Below are positions 28,384 through 39,108 of a stretch of 64,000 bases of DNA, in pieces. The stretch's first letter is position 1. The number at the start of each line of letters is the position of its first letter. Position numbers and translations under genes: made by a program. The notes under the pieces were generated by a model, which was not told where the DNA came from, ran no database searches, and was given only the letters and a program-made list of their open reading frames with translations. This stretch comes from Candidatus Magasanikiibacteriota bacterium. Lineage in GTDB: Bacteria; Patescibacteriota; Patescibacteriia; Magasanikbacterales; UBA922. Location: positions 15,052 to 79,051 of the forward strand of contig DMXO01000006.1 of NCBI GenBank assembly GCA_003482855.1, written 5' to 3'.

Positions 28384-29509
28384 TAGATATGAATTTCCAA
28401 ATCTCTCGTCCTACGTGTTGTTTTGGTCTGTGGTAGAGCAGGGAGGCATATGTTTTGTTAAACGGCTTTTGTTCAAATCCTATGCGTTTTATTTCTTCTA
28501 AACAATCTATAGTAATCCAATCATTATTATATCTGAATTTTGGAATAATAAAAATTATAGTACCGTTTTTTTTGAGGATTTTATGAAATTCTTTGAAGCT
28601 CTCGATATATAATTTTTTAAGTTCATCTGCCTGTTGTATAAGTATTTCTTTTTTTTCGTTGTCTCTGAGTGGTTTACCTAGGTATGGTTCAGACACGATG
28701 ATATTTATTGAGTTAGGTTTTAAATGATCAAGAAGTTTGGTTGCGTCAGATAAAAAGATATTAGGATATGTAGATACTGGATATTGATTCATCATCCAGT
28801 CTACATTTTTTTTTGCATCTCCAATAGCTTTTTGTGAGAAATCCGAGCCGGTAATATTTGTAAAACCCATTGAAAGTGCTTCGGTCAAAATAGTTCCCGA
28901 TCCACAAAATGGATCAAGTACCGTGTCTGTTTTTGGGTTGGCTCCTGACAAATTTATCATGATACGTGCGAGCTTTGGGGGGAGCATACCCGATACATCA
29001 TCGCTACCGGGTCGTCCATAATCACGCGTGGTAAACCCTTCAATGTCTTGGATTGCTTCTGTTACAAACACACTATTGTCGACTATGGTGAAGTCTCCTT
29101 GTTTTTCAACCAAGTTATTATGTAAGATGGTAGCTGTGTTTTTTATTTCAATATATCGTACGGATCTACCAAGTTTTTTTAATTCTTTTTTTATAGCAAG
29201 TCCAATTTTTTGCGACGCATTGCTAGACACGCCGAATTGTATTTTACCGGTCTGATTTTCATTCAAGAAATTTGCAATAGACTGTATTTCATCACCTATT
29301 TTTTTTATTTCTCTTCCTATTTTTTTTGTACCACCGAGAATCTGTGATAGGTGGGGCGCATCTAGTTTGGATTCAAATTTTACTACCAAGTAAATACCTG
29401 AGTATTTGGGTATTTGATTTTCTGGGTGAATGTGAAGGCGTGCAAAAACCGCCTCAAGTTCGGCGGTAGAAATTTCTGGCTGTCGTCCTAGTTCAAATAG
29501 ATATTTCAT
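28379..29509 (-). CDS. THUMP-domain RNA methyltransferase (UPF0020 / Trm14 / RlmL-like m2G methyltransferase)
   Basis: 376 aa. The central LDPFCGSGTIL SAM-binding motif and the DPPY-like SEPY motif follow an N-terminal THUMP-like region. Confidence 0.75.
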   Translation of the reverse strand: MKYLFELGRQPEISTAELEAVFARLHIHPENQIPKYSGIYLVVKFESKLDAPHLSQILGGTKKIGREIKKIGDEIQSIANFLNENQTGKIQFGVSSNASQKIGLAIKKELKKLGRSVRYIEIKNTATILHNNLVEKQGDFTIVDNSVFVTEAIQDIEGFTTRDYGRPGSDDVSGMLPPKLARIMINLSGANPKTDTVLDPFCGSGTILTEALSMGFTNITGSDFSQKAIGDAKKNVDWMMNQYPVSTYPNIFLSDATKLLDHLKPNSINIIVSEPYLGKPLRDNEKKEILIQQADELKKLYIESFKEFHKILKKNGTIIFIIPKFRYNNDWITIDCLEEIKRIGFEQKPFNKTYASLLYHRPKQHVGREIWKFISK

Positions 29510-29538
29510 AATGTATGAAAGTGTCTTTATTCGTCGCC

Positions 29539-29901
29539 CTAATCATTTGCTTCGTTCAATGTGCTTGTTGTAGACGTTGTCGTGGCGATAGGTATTTGAT
29601 TGAATGGGTCGCGTGTGATGATAATATTTTGAGCATTATATTTTTCATCCCATGCAGTGAGAGTATCATTGTACAATTTGAAGTTAATTGGTTCAAAGCG
29701 AGGATTTTTTTCTGCCAAAATTAGTATTTGCACTTTGCCAATAGTTCGATATATGTTGGTATACACAAACCAACAAGTGCTTGCAATACTGCCTATAATG
29801 ATAAAAATACTAACTATATTTAGTAAGCGTATGTGACTCAAATTGCCGAGATCATCGGATATTTGTGGTTGTTTTGTTTTTTTTCTGAATAAAATTTTCA
29901 T
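29539..29901 (-). CDS. Small single-TM protein at the distal end of the pilus operon (possible minor pilus-assembly component)
   Basis: MKILFRKKTKQ...LLNIVSIFIIIGSIASTCWFVY with one TM helix. The ORF is open to 29955, but that would overlap the pilO stop. Confidence 0.45.
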   Translation of the reverse strand: MKILFRKKTKQPQISDDLGNLSHIRLLNIVSIFIIIGSIASTCWFVYTNIYRTIGKVQILILAEKNPRFEPINFKLYNDTLTAWDEKYNAQNIIITRDPFNQIPIATTTSTTSTLNEAND

Positions 29902-29902
29902 A

Positions 29903-30418
29903 TTACTTGGTGCTATAGACATCCCCAGAAAAAGAAAGTGATACATTTTCCCCACTTTTATTGAGACCTATGGCGCTGATGTTTATATAATAGGGGAATT
30001 GCTCGAGACTCTGTAGGTAATTCATAACATCTGTAAATTCCCCATTTATTTTGAATGAGAATGTGTATATGTTGTCATTGTAGGAAACTCCCAAGTTTTG
30101 GGCCACATGATGCGTTGTTGCGAGTTGCTCTAGTTGCTCTATGAGCTGGAGTTCATTTCCTTTTCCCATGGTGATAGAGTAGAATTTTTTAGTATTTTGC
30201 TTGATTTCTTCTATTTCATTTATAGAGCGTTTGAGTAGTTTTATCTTTTGATATTGCTCTTCGAGTTGAGCCTCGGTGTGTTCGATTTCTTGTTTCATGG
30301 TATTTATATACCGTACCGAGGGTAGTATAATACCTATACCAATAGCTATCACTCCTAAAAATATAATGCTTGTTATTGCCATTATTCTATATTTAAGTTG
30401 GATGCGCGAGGTATTCAT
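29903..30418 (-). CDS. pilO: Type IV pilus assembly protein PilO-like
   Basis: 171 aa with an N-terminal TM helix and a coiled coil (QEIEHTEAQLEEQYQKIKLLKRSINEIEE), positioned after pilM-pilN. Confidence 0.55.
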   Translation of the reverse strand: MNTSRIQLKYRIMAITSIIFLGVIAIGIGIILPSVRYINTMKQEIEHTEAQLEEQYQKIKLLKRSINEIEEIKQNTKKFYSITMGKGNELQLIEQLEQLATTHHVAQNLGVSYNDNIYTFSFKINGEFTDVMNYLQSLEQFPYYINISAIGLNKSGENVSLSFSGDVYSTK

Positions 30419-30419
30419 A

Positions 30420-30977
30420 TCATTCTAGATTTGCAGAAATATTGAATCCAATATTTTCTCGTTTGGTAAGATCGGATACAGGAAGTTTGACATTGGATAA
30501 GAACGGTACGGTTGCCAGTTTCTCTTGCAATTGTAAAAATGTTTCTCGTGTGTCCGCCTGTCCAGTAATAACAATCTTTTTTTCTTTTTTGTCAAAAGAG
30601 AGCGAATTTAATATGACCCCATCGGGGAGGGATGAAGATAGTGTGACAATGTATGGCGTCCAAGCTATGAAATTTTTTTGTATAGTATGGGTTTCATCGA
30701 GAAGCTTATTGATGCGCAGTATTTCTCTGATTTCTTCTCTGTGTTCATTATTAATTGATACTATGTTTTCAGTGAGTGTTGCAAAATAATTTTGGAGCAC
30801 CATCTGTGATCCGAGCAATATCATAGCAAGCACGCTGGCAGTAATGAGCAATATTTCAAAAATACTTTTGGTAAATTGAAAATGGGACATCCTTTTGAGA
30901 TGGCTTTTTTTATTTGGTGAAAGTAGATTAAGACGTGTTGGATACATGGGTTTAGGTATTAGGTAGTTTAGGTCCAA
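30420..30977 (-). CDS. pilN: Type IV pilus assembly protein PilN-like
   Basis: 185 aa with a single TM helix then a periplasmic domain, directly downstream of pilM. Confidence 0.55.
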   Translation of the reverse strand: MDLNYLIPKPMYPTRLNLLSPNKKSHLKRMSHFQFTKSIFEILLITASVLAMILLGSQMVLQNYFATLTENIVSINNEHREEIREILRINKLLDETHTIQKNFIAWTPYIVTLSSSLPDGVILNSLSFDKKEKKIVITGQADTRETFLQLQEKLATVPFLSNVKLPVSDLTKRENIGFNISANLE

Positions 30978-31004
30978 AATATCTAAAGTCTATACAATCT
31001 GAAC

Positions 31005-32105
31005 CTAGATAGAATCATGTTTGAAAAAAGGATTATCGGCTGCGCGTAAAGCAAGGCCTATGGCCGTGGCATATCCTACCGATTCTTCAGGTGTCACGTG
31101 GATTTCTTTTTTACTGGCTAGGTTTTTCCATGGTTGTCCTTGTCTGCATTCAATTTTCAATTCAAGTGATAGCACGTCTGACAGATGCTTCATATTGCTT
31201 CCGCTTCCACACATAGTGATGTGAGTGATTCTATTTGTATTGGGGAAATGACTATAATAAAAAAGTATGCCTTTTCTTATATGATCAGCAAATTGTCTTG
31301 TCTGTTCCATGAGTACCCCCCATACTTTTTTTTGATTTTTGTATGCAAGACCATATGTACGTTTATTTTTTTCTGCTTCCTCTCTCGATATTTTTAGTTT
31401 TTGGGATAGGGCTGTCGTGAGCATCTCTCCTGAGTATGGGAGAGATATACTGAATTGTACTGTATCATCGTCATATAATATGAGGCTTGATCTATCTGCG
31501 CCTATATCAAGAAGCGCGCGTGCTTCTCCCCTGTATTCTTTTTTTGAAGTTACCATAGCTCTTGCAACAGGGAGCACCTCTATTTCTAAGGCTATCACTT
31601 CCAGCCCCAAGCTTTCAAGTAAATATGTATAACTGTCTGCGATAAGTTTAGGAATGGCGGATATGAGCACCCGCGTATTTTCCTGGTCATCTTTTGGCAT
31701 TATTTGCCAGTCAAGATAGTACTTATCGTCTTCAGTGAAGGGAATGTGTTTTTTGGATTCTATGACAATGTCATCCTCAATGATGTCAACACTTGCTTTG
31801 GGTATGTCAATGAGTTTGATAAAACCGTGTGTCTCAGGTAAACTAGCAACAACCCACGGGCTTTTGATTGGTTTTTCCTGTCTGTTTCTTCCTTGTAAAA
31901 GTTTTTGGATATAGTGACGTATTTGTTCTGGTTGTTGCAATTCTCCATTGACGATTAGTCCCGGAGGAATACTAATAGCACGAGCAGACATGAGTTCGTA
32001 TGATGATCCTCTAAATCTGTGTGAGACATTTCTAAGCTGAACGATCTTGATAGATAAGTCGCCGATATCAATACCAAACGCATTGGGAAAAGGATTGTTG
32101 AACAT
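31005..32105 (-). CDS. pilM: Type IV pilus assembly ATPase-like protein PilM (actin/HSP70 fold)
   Basis: 366 aa with the GIDIGDLSIKIVQL N-terminus and an FtsA/PilM-like two-domain pattern. Confidence 0.85.
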   Translation of the reverse strand: MFNNPFPNAFGIDIGDLSIKIVQLRNVSHRFRGSSYELMSARAISIPPGLIVNGELQQPEQIRHYIQKLLQGRNRQEKPIKSPWVVASLPETHGFIKLIDIPKASVDIIEDDIVIESKKHIPFTEDDKYYLDWQIMPKDDQENTRVLISAIPKLIADSYTYLLESLGLEVIALEIEVLPVARAMVTSKKEYRGEARALLDIGADRSSLILYDDDTVQFSISLPYSGEMLTTALSQKLKISREEAEKNKRTYGLAYKNQKKVWGVLMEQTRQFADHIRKGILFYYSHFPNTNRITHITMCGSGSNMKHLSDVLSLELKIECRQGQPWKNLASKKEIHVTPEESVGYATAIGLALRAADNPFFKHDSI

Positions 32106-32111
32106 GTGTAA

Positions 32112-33239
32112 TTAAAAATTTTGCATGAGTGAAAACATTGGCGTAATGACTGCCACTGCAATACCTGCCACAGCTAATCCGAGTAATATAATAATTGCCG
32201 GTTCAATAATTGTTGAAAAATTTTTCATAGTTTTGTCTACTTCATCGGCGTAAAAATTTGAAAGTTCACTGAGTAATCTATCAATTTCTCCAGTACGCTC
32301 ACCCACCATGATCATCTCAGTTACCATGGGGGGAAATATTTTTTCATGCTCCATGAGAACCTCTGACAGTGGTATACCTTTTTTAATTTTTTCCGTTCCT
32401 TCATGGAGAATTTGTTGGTATATGACATTGCCACACGTATCGCCGGTGATGTTTACCGCTTCGATGATAGGGAGTGTACTCTTGAGCAAGGATGAGAGGG
32501 TGAGAGAAAAGCGTGCAAGATTAATTTGTTTGATTACATTTCCTGCTATAGGGAGATGTAGATTTATTGTATGTATCAGTTTTTTAAACCTAGGCGATCT
32601 CTTGAGTAACGTAATGAATAGTATAATACATGTAATCAGTATTGAAAATACGAGAATGAGATTGAGAGGTTTGCTCATGAAATCTGTAATAGCGATGAGG
32701 ACTCGGGTGGCCAGTGGTAGTTGTGTATCAAATTCGTCAAATAAGGACGTTAATTTTGGTAAGACTACCGTGACCATGAGTACCGCAACAGCACCGATGG
32801 CTACAATAATAACTGCCGGGTATATCATGGCTCCTTTTATCGAAGATGATAGAGCGTATCCTTTTTTCATTTGTGTGACGATTTGTTCGAGTGATTCTTC
32901 GAGTTTGCCAGCTACCTCGCCAGATGCAATCATCCTGACATACATAGAGGGGAAAATTTTGGGGTAATTTTCCAAGACCTCACTTAATTGTCTACCTTTT
33001 TCTACTTGTTCAGTGATCTCACCTATTATTTTTTTAAGTTTTTTATTTTCAGTTTCTTTTGCAAGTACATGCAACGCTTCGGTAAGTGAAAGACCTGCAT
33101 GTAACATCGTACGTAGATGATCCAAAAAGAAAATTTTGTCCATTATTTTTACACGGACAAGATGGTTTGAGATCCAATCGTTTAGTTGTTGTTCAAACCG
33201 AGATAATTCTCGTTTTTTTGAGGTCATTTCAGTATTCAA
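32112..33239 (-). CDS. pilC: Type IV pilus inner-membrane platform protein PilC (GspF family)
   Basis: 375 aa with two T2SSF repeats (…PLSEVLENYPKIFP… and …PLSEVLMEHEKIFPPM…). Confidence 0.9.
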   Translation of the reverse strand: MNTEMTSKKRELSRFEQQLNDWISNHLVRVKIMDKIFFLDHLRTMLHAGLSLTEALHVLAKETENKKLKKIIGEITEQVEKGRQLSEVLENYPKIFPSMYVRMIASGEVAGKLEESLEQIVTQMKKGYALSSSIKGAMIYPAVIIVAIGAVAVLMVTVVLPKLTSLFDEFDTQLPLATRVLIAITDFMSKPLNLILVFSILITCIILFITLLKRSPRFKKLIHTINLHLPIAGNVIKQINLARFSLTLSSLLKSTLPIIEAVNITGDTCGNVIYQQILHEGTEKIKKGIPLSEVLMEHEKIFPPMVTEMIMVGERTGEIDRLLSELSNFYADEVDKTMKNFSTIIEPAIIILLGLAVAGIAVAVITPMFSLMQNF

Positions 33240-33248
33240 ATTATGAAA

Positions 33249-34979
33249 TTACTCTTTGGTAACACGTAATATTTCTTCTATGGTGGTGATTCCCTGTTTT
33301 GCTTTTATGAGTCCATCTTCAAATAAATTGACCATGCCATTTTTTTCCGCATATTCTTTGATATCTTGCGCATTTGCACGGCTGTTTATCATTTTTGTGA
33401 TGTTTTCATTTATGGTGAGCACTTCATAGATGCCGATGCGCCCTTTGTATCCACTTTTGTGGCAGCGGCTACATCCTTCCCCTCTATAAAATACCATAGA
33501 ATCAAGATTGCGCTCTTTGGTATTAAGATGTATGTTTTGTGTTTTGAATAAATTGACCAGTTTTTTCATTTCTATGAGTTTACTCAGTTGCTTAAGTTCT
33601 TGTTTTGAAAGCCTTAATTCTTTTTTGCAATGGGGACAAATTTTTCTGACAAGACGTTGGGCAACGATGATATTGGAAGTAAAAGCAACTAGAAATGGAG
33701 GTATATCCATATCAATAAGACGGGGGAGAGTAGTTGGTGCGTCGTTGGTGTGTAGTGTGGATAATACGAGGTGTCCTGTCATGGCCGCGTGTATAGCTAT
33801 TTCCGCCGTCTCTTTGTCGCGTATTTCTCCAACCATCACAATATCTGGGTCTTGGCGTAGAAATGCACGTAGTCCACTCGCGAATGTGAATCCCGCTTTT
33901 GGATTGATTTGGCTTTGATTGATGCCATTTACATGATATTCAATAGGATCTTCTATGGTGCATATATTTACGTGTGGCTGATTGAGTATGCCGAGCACAG
34001 AGTAGAGTGTAGTGGTTTTGCCACTTCCCGTAGGACCGGTAACGAGGATCATACCATGTGGCTTTTTGATTGCATCCTCTACCTCTTCTTTTATATTTGG
34101 TAAAAATCCTAATTCTTCAAGGCTTAATGGTTTTTGTCCTTCATGTAGGAGACGCATAACTATTTTTTCTCCATCGTATACAGGCATGATAGATACACGA
34201 AATGATAATTTTTCATCCTGAATTTGGATTTTGAACCTTCCATCCTGAGGAATCATGTGTTCATCTATTTTTAATTTAGCAAGGATTTTTACACGTGCTA
34301 CTATACCATTTTGGACTTGTTTGGGGAGTGTCATAACTTGCTTCAGCATGCCGTCTATGCGGTAGCGCACAGCAACTTCTCGGTCGGTAGGCTCGACATG
34401 AATGTCACTCGCTCCTTCATAGACTGCATGTTCGAGAACAGAATTTACAATGTTGATGATGGGCAACTCCTCAGCAGCTTTTTTGAGATCTTTTTCGTTG
34501 CCTGCTTGCCCTTCAGTATTCAACTGGATGATTGTCTCATCTGATGATAGATCAGCGTGGTATGTACGTAGCGCTTCTTTGAGGTCGCTCGGAGATGTCA
34601 TGTAGGTTTTGGGAGTGAGACCAATTTTTCTGCGTAAAAATTCTATAGTTTGTATATCTGTGGGGTCAAGCATCGCAATTTGTATCTCGTCTGGGGTCTT
34701 GTGGAATGCTATAACCCCATGTGTAGCAGCAAAAGATGCAGGTACAAGGTTGATTATTTCTTTTTTGATCTCTTTCCCTTTGAGCCCTGTATAAGATATA
34801 TCGAGTTTTTTGGCAGCTGCCATATAGAGCTTTTCCTCGTCGACAATTTCTTGGTCAATAAGGTAAGTCTCTAGATCTTTTCGTTTTTTTTCTGCCTCGC
34901 CTAAATACGTTTTTATTGTGTTTGTCGAAAATTTGAAACTTTTTTTGAGGATAGATTCAAGTGTCGAAGTAGGTAACAT
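33249..34979 (-). CDS. pilB: Type IV pilus assembly ATPase PilB (GspE family)
   Basis: 576 aa with Walker A GPTGSGKTTT, an Asp box, a His box and a C-terminal CxxC...CxxC tetracysteine. Confidence 0.95.
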   Translation of the reverse strand: MLPTSTLESILKKSFKFSTNTIKTYLGEAEKKRKDLETYLIDQEIVDEEKLYMAAAKKLDISYTGLKGKEIKKEIINLVPASFAATHGVIAFHKTPDEIQIAMLDPTDIQTIEFLRRKIGLTPKTYMTSPSDLKEALRTYHADLSSDETIIQLNTEGQAGNEKDLKKAAEELPIINIVNSVLEHAVYEGASDIHVEPTDREVAVRYRIDGMLKQVMTLPKQVQNGIVARVKILAKLKIDEHMIPQDGRFKIQIQDEKLSFRVSIMPVYDGEKIVMRLLHEGQKPLSLEELGFLPNIKEEVEDAIKKPHGMILVTGPTGSGKTTTLYSVLGILNQPHVNICTIEDPIEYHVNGINQSQINPKAGFTFASGLRAFLRQDPDIVMVGEIRDKETAEIAIHAAMTGHLVLSTLHTNDAPTTLPRLIDMDIPPFLVAFTSNIIVAQRLVRKICPHCKKELRLSKQELKQLSKLIEMKKLVNLFKTQNIHLNTKERNLDSMVFYRGEGCSRCHKSGYKGRIGIYEVLTINENITKMINSRANAQDIKEYAEKNGMVNLFEDGLIKAKQGITTIEEILRVTKE

Positions 34980-35098
34980 AAAAACAAATTACAAATTGAA
35001 ATTTGATATATGCAGTATACCATGTTTATGTGTTTTTTACTATCGAATTGTATGTTTACAGAATGAATAAAAAGTGATACAATTTTTTCGGTTTATAA

Positions 35099-35175
35099 GG
35101 GCCCTTAGCGTAGCTGGCTAGCGCGTCTCCATGGCATGGAGAAGGTCACGAGTTCGAATCTCGTAGGGTCCACCA
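35099..35175 (+). tRNA. tRNA-Ala (GGC), CCA encoded
   Basis: GGGCCCTTAGCGTAGCTGGCTAGCGCGTCTCCATGGCATGGAGAAGGTCACGAGTTCGAATCTCGTAGGGTCCACCA. Anticodon stem TCTCC/GGAGA with loop AUGGCAU. Confidence 0.75.
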
Positions 35176-35182
35176 TCATTAG

Positions 35183-35212
35183 TTCCACCGAAGAGGTGGA
35201 ATTTTGTTTTGT
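35183..35212 (+). terminator. Rho-independent terminator after tRNA-Ala
   Basis: ttccaccgaagaggtggaattttgttttg. Confidence 0.7.
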
Positions 35213-35254
35213 GAGAAAGATTCATTTTTGCTCGCATCTATGCGGCTGCGCCCC

Positions 35255-35300
35255 GCGAAGCTTTAGCGTAGCGGGGTTCGAACTTTGGGGAGACTATTTG
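35255..35300 (+). pseudogene. tRNA-like fragment (D-arm-like TTAGCGTAGC + T-arm-like GGGGTTCGAAC), possible att remnant
   Basis: ccccgcgaagctttagcgtagcggggttcgaactttgggg shares 10 nt with the 5' part of the adjacent tRNA-Ala and carries a GGTTCGAAC T-loop-like motif. The same GGTTCGAAC 9-mer recurs at 35367-35375. Confidence 0.3.
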
Positions 35301-35455
35301 GCTTGTTTGAGGAAGCTGTGAAAAGAAAATGGCTTAAAATAAAGACAAAATACCTTTTGGTTTGAGGTTCGAACATTTAGCAGAAATTTGACAAGATAAA
35401 AATATGAGAATAATATAAATGTGTAGTTATACTCATATATTTTAATTTACCAAAT

Positions 35456-38400
35456 ATGAAAGCCCAAAAACTCACTAATAGACAATTAGATTTACTTCAC
35501 ACGATTGAAGAGTTTTTTAGTAAAAATGGAGTACCACCAACCATTGTAGAGATGAAGGAAGCAATGAAAGTAAAGTCAGATCAGTCTATATATCAACTTC
35601 TTGAAAAATTAGAAAAAGCAGGCGTAATTTCTCGTGAGCCTGGCAAAAGAAGAAGTATTAGACTTAAGAAGACTTCTTCGAGTGGAGTTGAAGATGCGAA
35701 CCAAAATAGCTACATATCAACCAACGAATCTGCTCTCGGTTTTGCAATGAATCCAACCCAGAAAGAAATATTTAATAAATTACATGAAATTGATCCTCAG
35801 GTAGCTCAAATTTTTAAAGGTGCTGTATACACCTTATCAATTAAAGATAACCACCCAGACTGGATTCCTCCAGTTGCTAACGCTATTCGTCACATTTTCG
35901 GTGTCCTCACTCGCCCCTACAAGCAAGTGAAGGGGGAAAATAAGTCTAATGATAGTTCCGGTATTAATCAAATTAGCAAAGCGTTTGACCCCTATGGGAA
36001 TATTTCAAATATTGAAAAAGCGGCATGGGCCCATTGGAATACATTAAACGAATATTTTGCAAGCTTTTCACACTACCCAGATGAATATTTTAATAAGCGA
36101 ACAGAATTCCTTTCTAAGGTTGATGAATTGTACGAATTATTATTGCAATACGTATTACCTGATCAACACAAAATATATGAAAAAATTGATCAGCTATTTG
36201 TCCAAGGTGTAACAAAGACTGGTGCGGATGAGATAGGTAAATTGTTAAGTAGAAACACCGCAACATATACTTATTTTTTCAATAATGTCGATAATTGTTG
36301 GTTTGAATTTTTAAGAAGTAATAAGTTCCTAAAGCCAAAAATGCAGGTAGGCCAATTTTTGGTTAAGATTGCGGATAAAAATTCAGATCAACTAATAGAC
36401 TTAATTAAAAAGTATAGGAATGAATATAAAATTGATGATCAAAGTAGGTTTATTCGACAATATTTTGTGTCTTCTGCTATTCAGATGTCAATTGATAAAG
36501 CCGTCCAGGTGGTGGGTATACTATCAAAACAGAAATGGGTGGAAGATATAAAATATAATCATGATTTTCTAATTTACGAATGTAATAAATTACTAGAATT
36601 TTTAATACAATCAGGAAAGAAAGAAGCTGCGCTACTGCTTGCCAAAAACATTCTTAAAGTTCGGAAAAGCAAAGAACCAAAATCACGTTTACGTGAAATT
36701 AATGGTTACGCGGATAATTATCAATATGGTGAAATAATAAATACCATTAAAGGGTCTTCGGTTTCCGATTACCCTGAGTATATTAAATTACTTGTTAACA
36801 AATTAAATGACTCGATTAAATTATCTGATGATAATGGTCAATATAGCCAAATATGGAGATCATCCATTGCCGTAAGTGAAAGTTATAGTGACGATGTAAT
36901 GAACAGACTTCTAGACGGTATAATATTTCTTCTGGAAAAACACCTTGCTGAATGTAAATCAAAGAAGATTAATATCGTTAAGGAAATAGACTCCTTAATA
37001 GATGAAAAGGCTCATGCTGTTTTTCTGCGAATTAAGCTTTATTTCTACGCGAAATATCCAAACGATTGTCTTGATGGGGTAGGTAAATTAGTAATCGATT
37101 TTTTTAATGACCACGAAGCCGAAAAAGAACTTGATGAACTACTTACAAGCATTTTCGGCAAATTAAAACAAACTGTTCAAAATAATTATTTGGCTCTAAT
37201 TTCCGAGGGGCCAAAAATTAAGGAAAAAGATGATAATTATGCACGATACTGGAAATTAAGAAAATTCTATATTATCCGAGACCAGCTTAAGAAAGAATGG
37301 AAAGATATTTACTCAGAACTTCTTAATGGAGATGATGAGTCTAAATTCACCCCACATTACAGTGGTGTAATTACCTCTTGGACAGGTCCAACCGCCCCAA
37401 AAAAGTCGCAAGAATTAGATGCTGTTTCATTGGAAAACTTAATAGAATATTTAATTACCTGGAATCCAAAGAAAGGCTTTGAAGAACCATCCAGGATGGG
37501 GCTTGGAAGAGAGCTGGCAGAAGCTGTAAAAAATAACAGCGAAAAATATTCAAAAAATGCACTTCTTTTCAAAAATGAAAATCTACATCCAATATACATT
37601 TATAAGCTATTCTTTGGTTTACGTGAGGCTTTGAGAGCAGGAGGAATTATTGAATGGGTGCCGGTATTAGAATTAATGAAAATATATGTTGATAGAGCTA
37701 AATCCAATGAACTTGCTGAGATACAGACTGATGAAGATGGTTGGAATAATTGTTTTCAGTATATGGCAGATCTCCTTGAAAATGGATTAAGTTCATCAAA
37801 ACAGGAAATACCTTTCAGTCTTAAGGAAGTTGTTTGGGAAGTTATAGAATATGTTTGTGAAAATCGAGAACCTGACTTGGAACATGAACAAAAATATGGA
37901 GGTGACAATAGCGACTATTACACAATATCCATTAATACCGCACGAGGTGAGGCTTTTCATGCATTATTTAATTACATCTTCTGGCACGATAGGCACTTGA
38001 AGAAAAAAAATAACAGTAGGATTACAGAAGAAGCTAAACAGAAATTATTAGATCACCTTAATATTAAAAAAGAACCTGGTCTCACCATCAGATCAGTTTA
38101 TGGGCGATTTTTCCCATGGATATTTATATACGATAAAAAATGGACTGAAAATATTATTGAAAATTTGTTTCCCATTAATGATCTGGAAAGAAGGTGTGCT
38201 GCATGGAAAACATATTTAATAAATGCTGTATATCCTGAAATATTCGAGAAATTGCGACCGCAATATGAACAGGCAATCAATGAACTTCAGAAAACCAGTT
38301 TAAAGAAAAACAGGAGACCTGTTGATTTATTTCAAAGACTTGTTGAACATTTAATGATTGCTTATTTCTATGAGATTATTGAATATGATGATCCCTTATT

Positions 38401-38953
38401 ACAATTGTTAGACACCAAAGCCAATCGGGAGCAAAAGAGCTGGGCAGTAAACTTTTCTGGGCGAGTATATATTGCAAGCGAGAATGCTGTTAGAGATAGC
38501 GAGCCAAGCAAAGAACGATTAAGAATATTTTGGGATAAACGACTAAAAGAATCAAGAACCACGGATGAATTGAAAGAGTTTGGGTGGTGGTTACGTGTTG
38601 GTTTTTTCGATAATGAGTGGATGCTGGAAACACTTTTGGAAACGTTGAATCAAACAAAGGGAATTATTGATCCAGACTACCGAGTACTTGAAGTATTGAA
38701 TTCACTGGCTGAAGATTACTCACTACTTGTATCCCAATGTCTACTTAGAATGGTTAAGGCTAAGTATCAGGACAGGTTTTTACGAATTACAAGAGAAAAA
38801 AATGTGCTCGATATTGTCAAGAAACTATACTTACACAAAGATGCAGATGTTAGAAAATTAATTATTCAGATCAGTGACTATATGTTACGTCTTGGGAATA
38901 ATGATTTTCGAATGTATGCCAAAGAAGAAAATGATACTGATCAACAAATTTAA
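35456..38953 (+). CDS. Large (1165 aa) protein with LexA-type N-terminal winged-helix DNA-binding domain fused to an unrecognised, probably alpha-helical about 1000-aa body
   Basis: N-terminus LTNRQLDLLHTIEEFFSKNGVPPTIVEMKEAMKVKSDQSIYQLLEKLEKAGVISREPGKRRSIRL aligns position by position with the LexA DNA-binding domain (LTxRQ...G.PPT..E......S......L..L...G.I.....R.IRL). No S24 peptidase Ser/Lys motif and no P-loop were seen. TTGACA-17-TAATAT promoter at 35388-35416. Confidence 0.7.
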   Translation: MKAQKLTNRQLDLLHTIEEFFSKNGVPPTIVEMKEAMKVKSDQSIYQLLEKLEKAGVISREPGKRRSIRLKKTSSSGVEDANQNSYISTNESALGFAMNPTQKEIFNKLHEIDPQVAQIFKGAVYTLSIKDNHPDWIPPVANAIRHIFGVLTRPYKQVKGENKSNDSSGINQISKAFDPYGNISNIEKAAWAHWNTLNEYFASFSHYPDEYFNKRTEFLSKVDELYELLLQYVLPDQHKIYEKIDQLFVQGVTKTGADEIGKLLSRNTATYTYFFNNVDNCWFEFLRSNKFLKPKMQVGQFLVKIADKNSDQLIDLIKKYRNEYKIDDQSRFIRQYFVSSAIQMSIDKAVQVVGILSKQKWVEDIKYNHDFLIYECNKLLEFLIQSGKKEAALLLAKNILKVRKSKEPKSRLREINGYADNYQYGEIINTIKGSSVSDYPEYIKLLVNKLNDSIKLSDDNGQYSQIWRSSIAVSESYSDDVMNRLLDGIIFLLEKHLAECKSKKINIVKEIDSLIDEKAHAVFLRIKLYFYAKYPNDCLDGVGKLVIDFFNDHEAEKELDELLTSIFGKLKQTVQNNYLALISEGPKIKEKDDNYARYWKLRKFYIIRDQLKKEWKDIYSELLNGDDESKFTPHYSGVITSWTGPTAPKKSQELDAVSLENLIEYLITWNPKKGFEEPSRMGLGRELAEAVKNNSEKYSKNALLFKNENLHPIYIYKLFFGLREALRAGGIIEWVPVLELMKIYVDRAKSNELAEIQTDEDGWNNCFQYMADLLENGLSSSKQEIPFSLKEVVWEVIEYVCENREPDLEHEQKYGGDNSDYYTISINTARGEAFHALFNYIFWHDRHLKKKNNSRITEEAKQKLLDHLNIKKEPGLTIRSVYGRFFPWIFIYDKKWTENIIENLFPINDLERRCAAWKTYLINAVYPEIFEKLRPQYEQAINELQKTSLKKNRRPVDLFQRLVEHLMIAYFYEIIEYDDPLLQLLDTKANREQKSWAVNFSGRVYIASENAVRDSEPSKERLRIFWDKRLKESRTTDELKEFGWWLRVGFFDNEWMLETLLETLNQTKGIIDPDYRVLEVLNSLAEDYSLLVSQCLLRMVKAKYQDRFLRITREKNVLDIVKKLYLHKDADVRKLIIQISDYMLRLGNNDFRMYAKEENDTDQQI

Positions 38954-39108
38954 CTTAAACCTATGAACTACATAACCGCTTCAAAACTATACGACTGCCT
39001 ACAAAATCTGTACAAAGTGTAGCGGGATTTATGGCTCGCAAAAAGACGAGAATGATTGCAAAAGGCTACGATGGTGCTTAAGACCACTAAAAAAATTAGA
39101 AATGTCGA

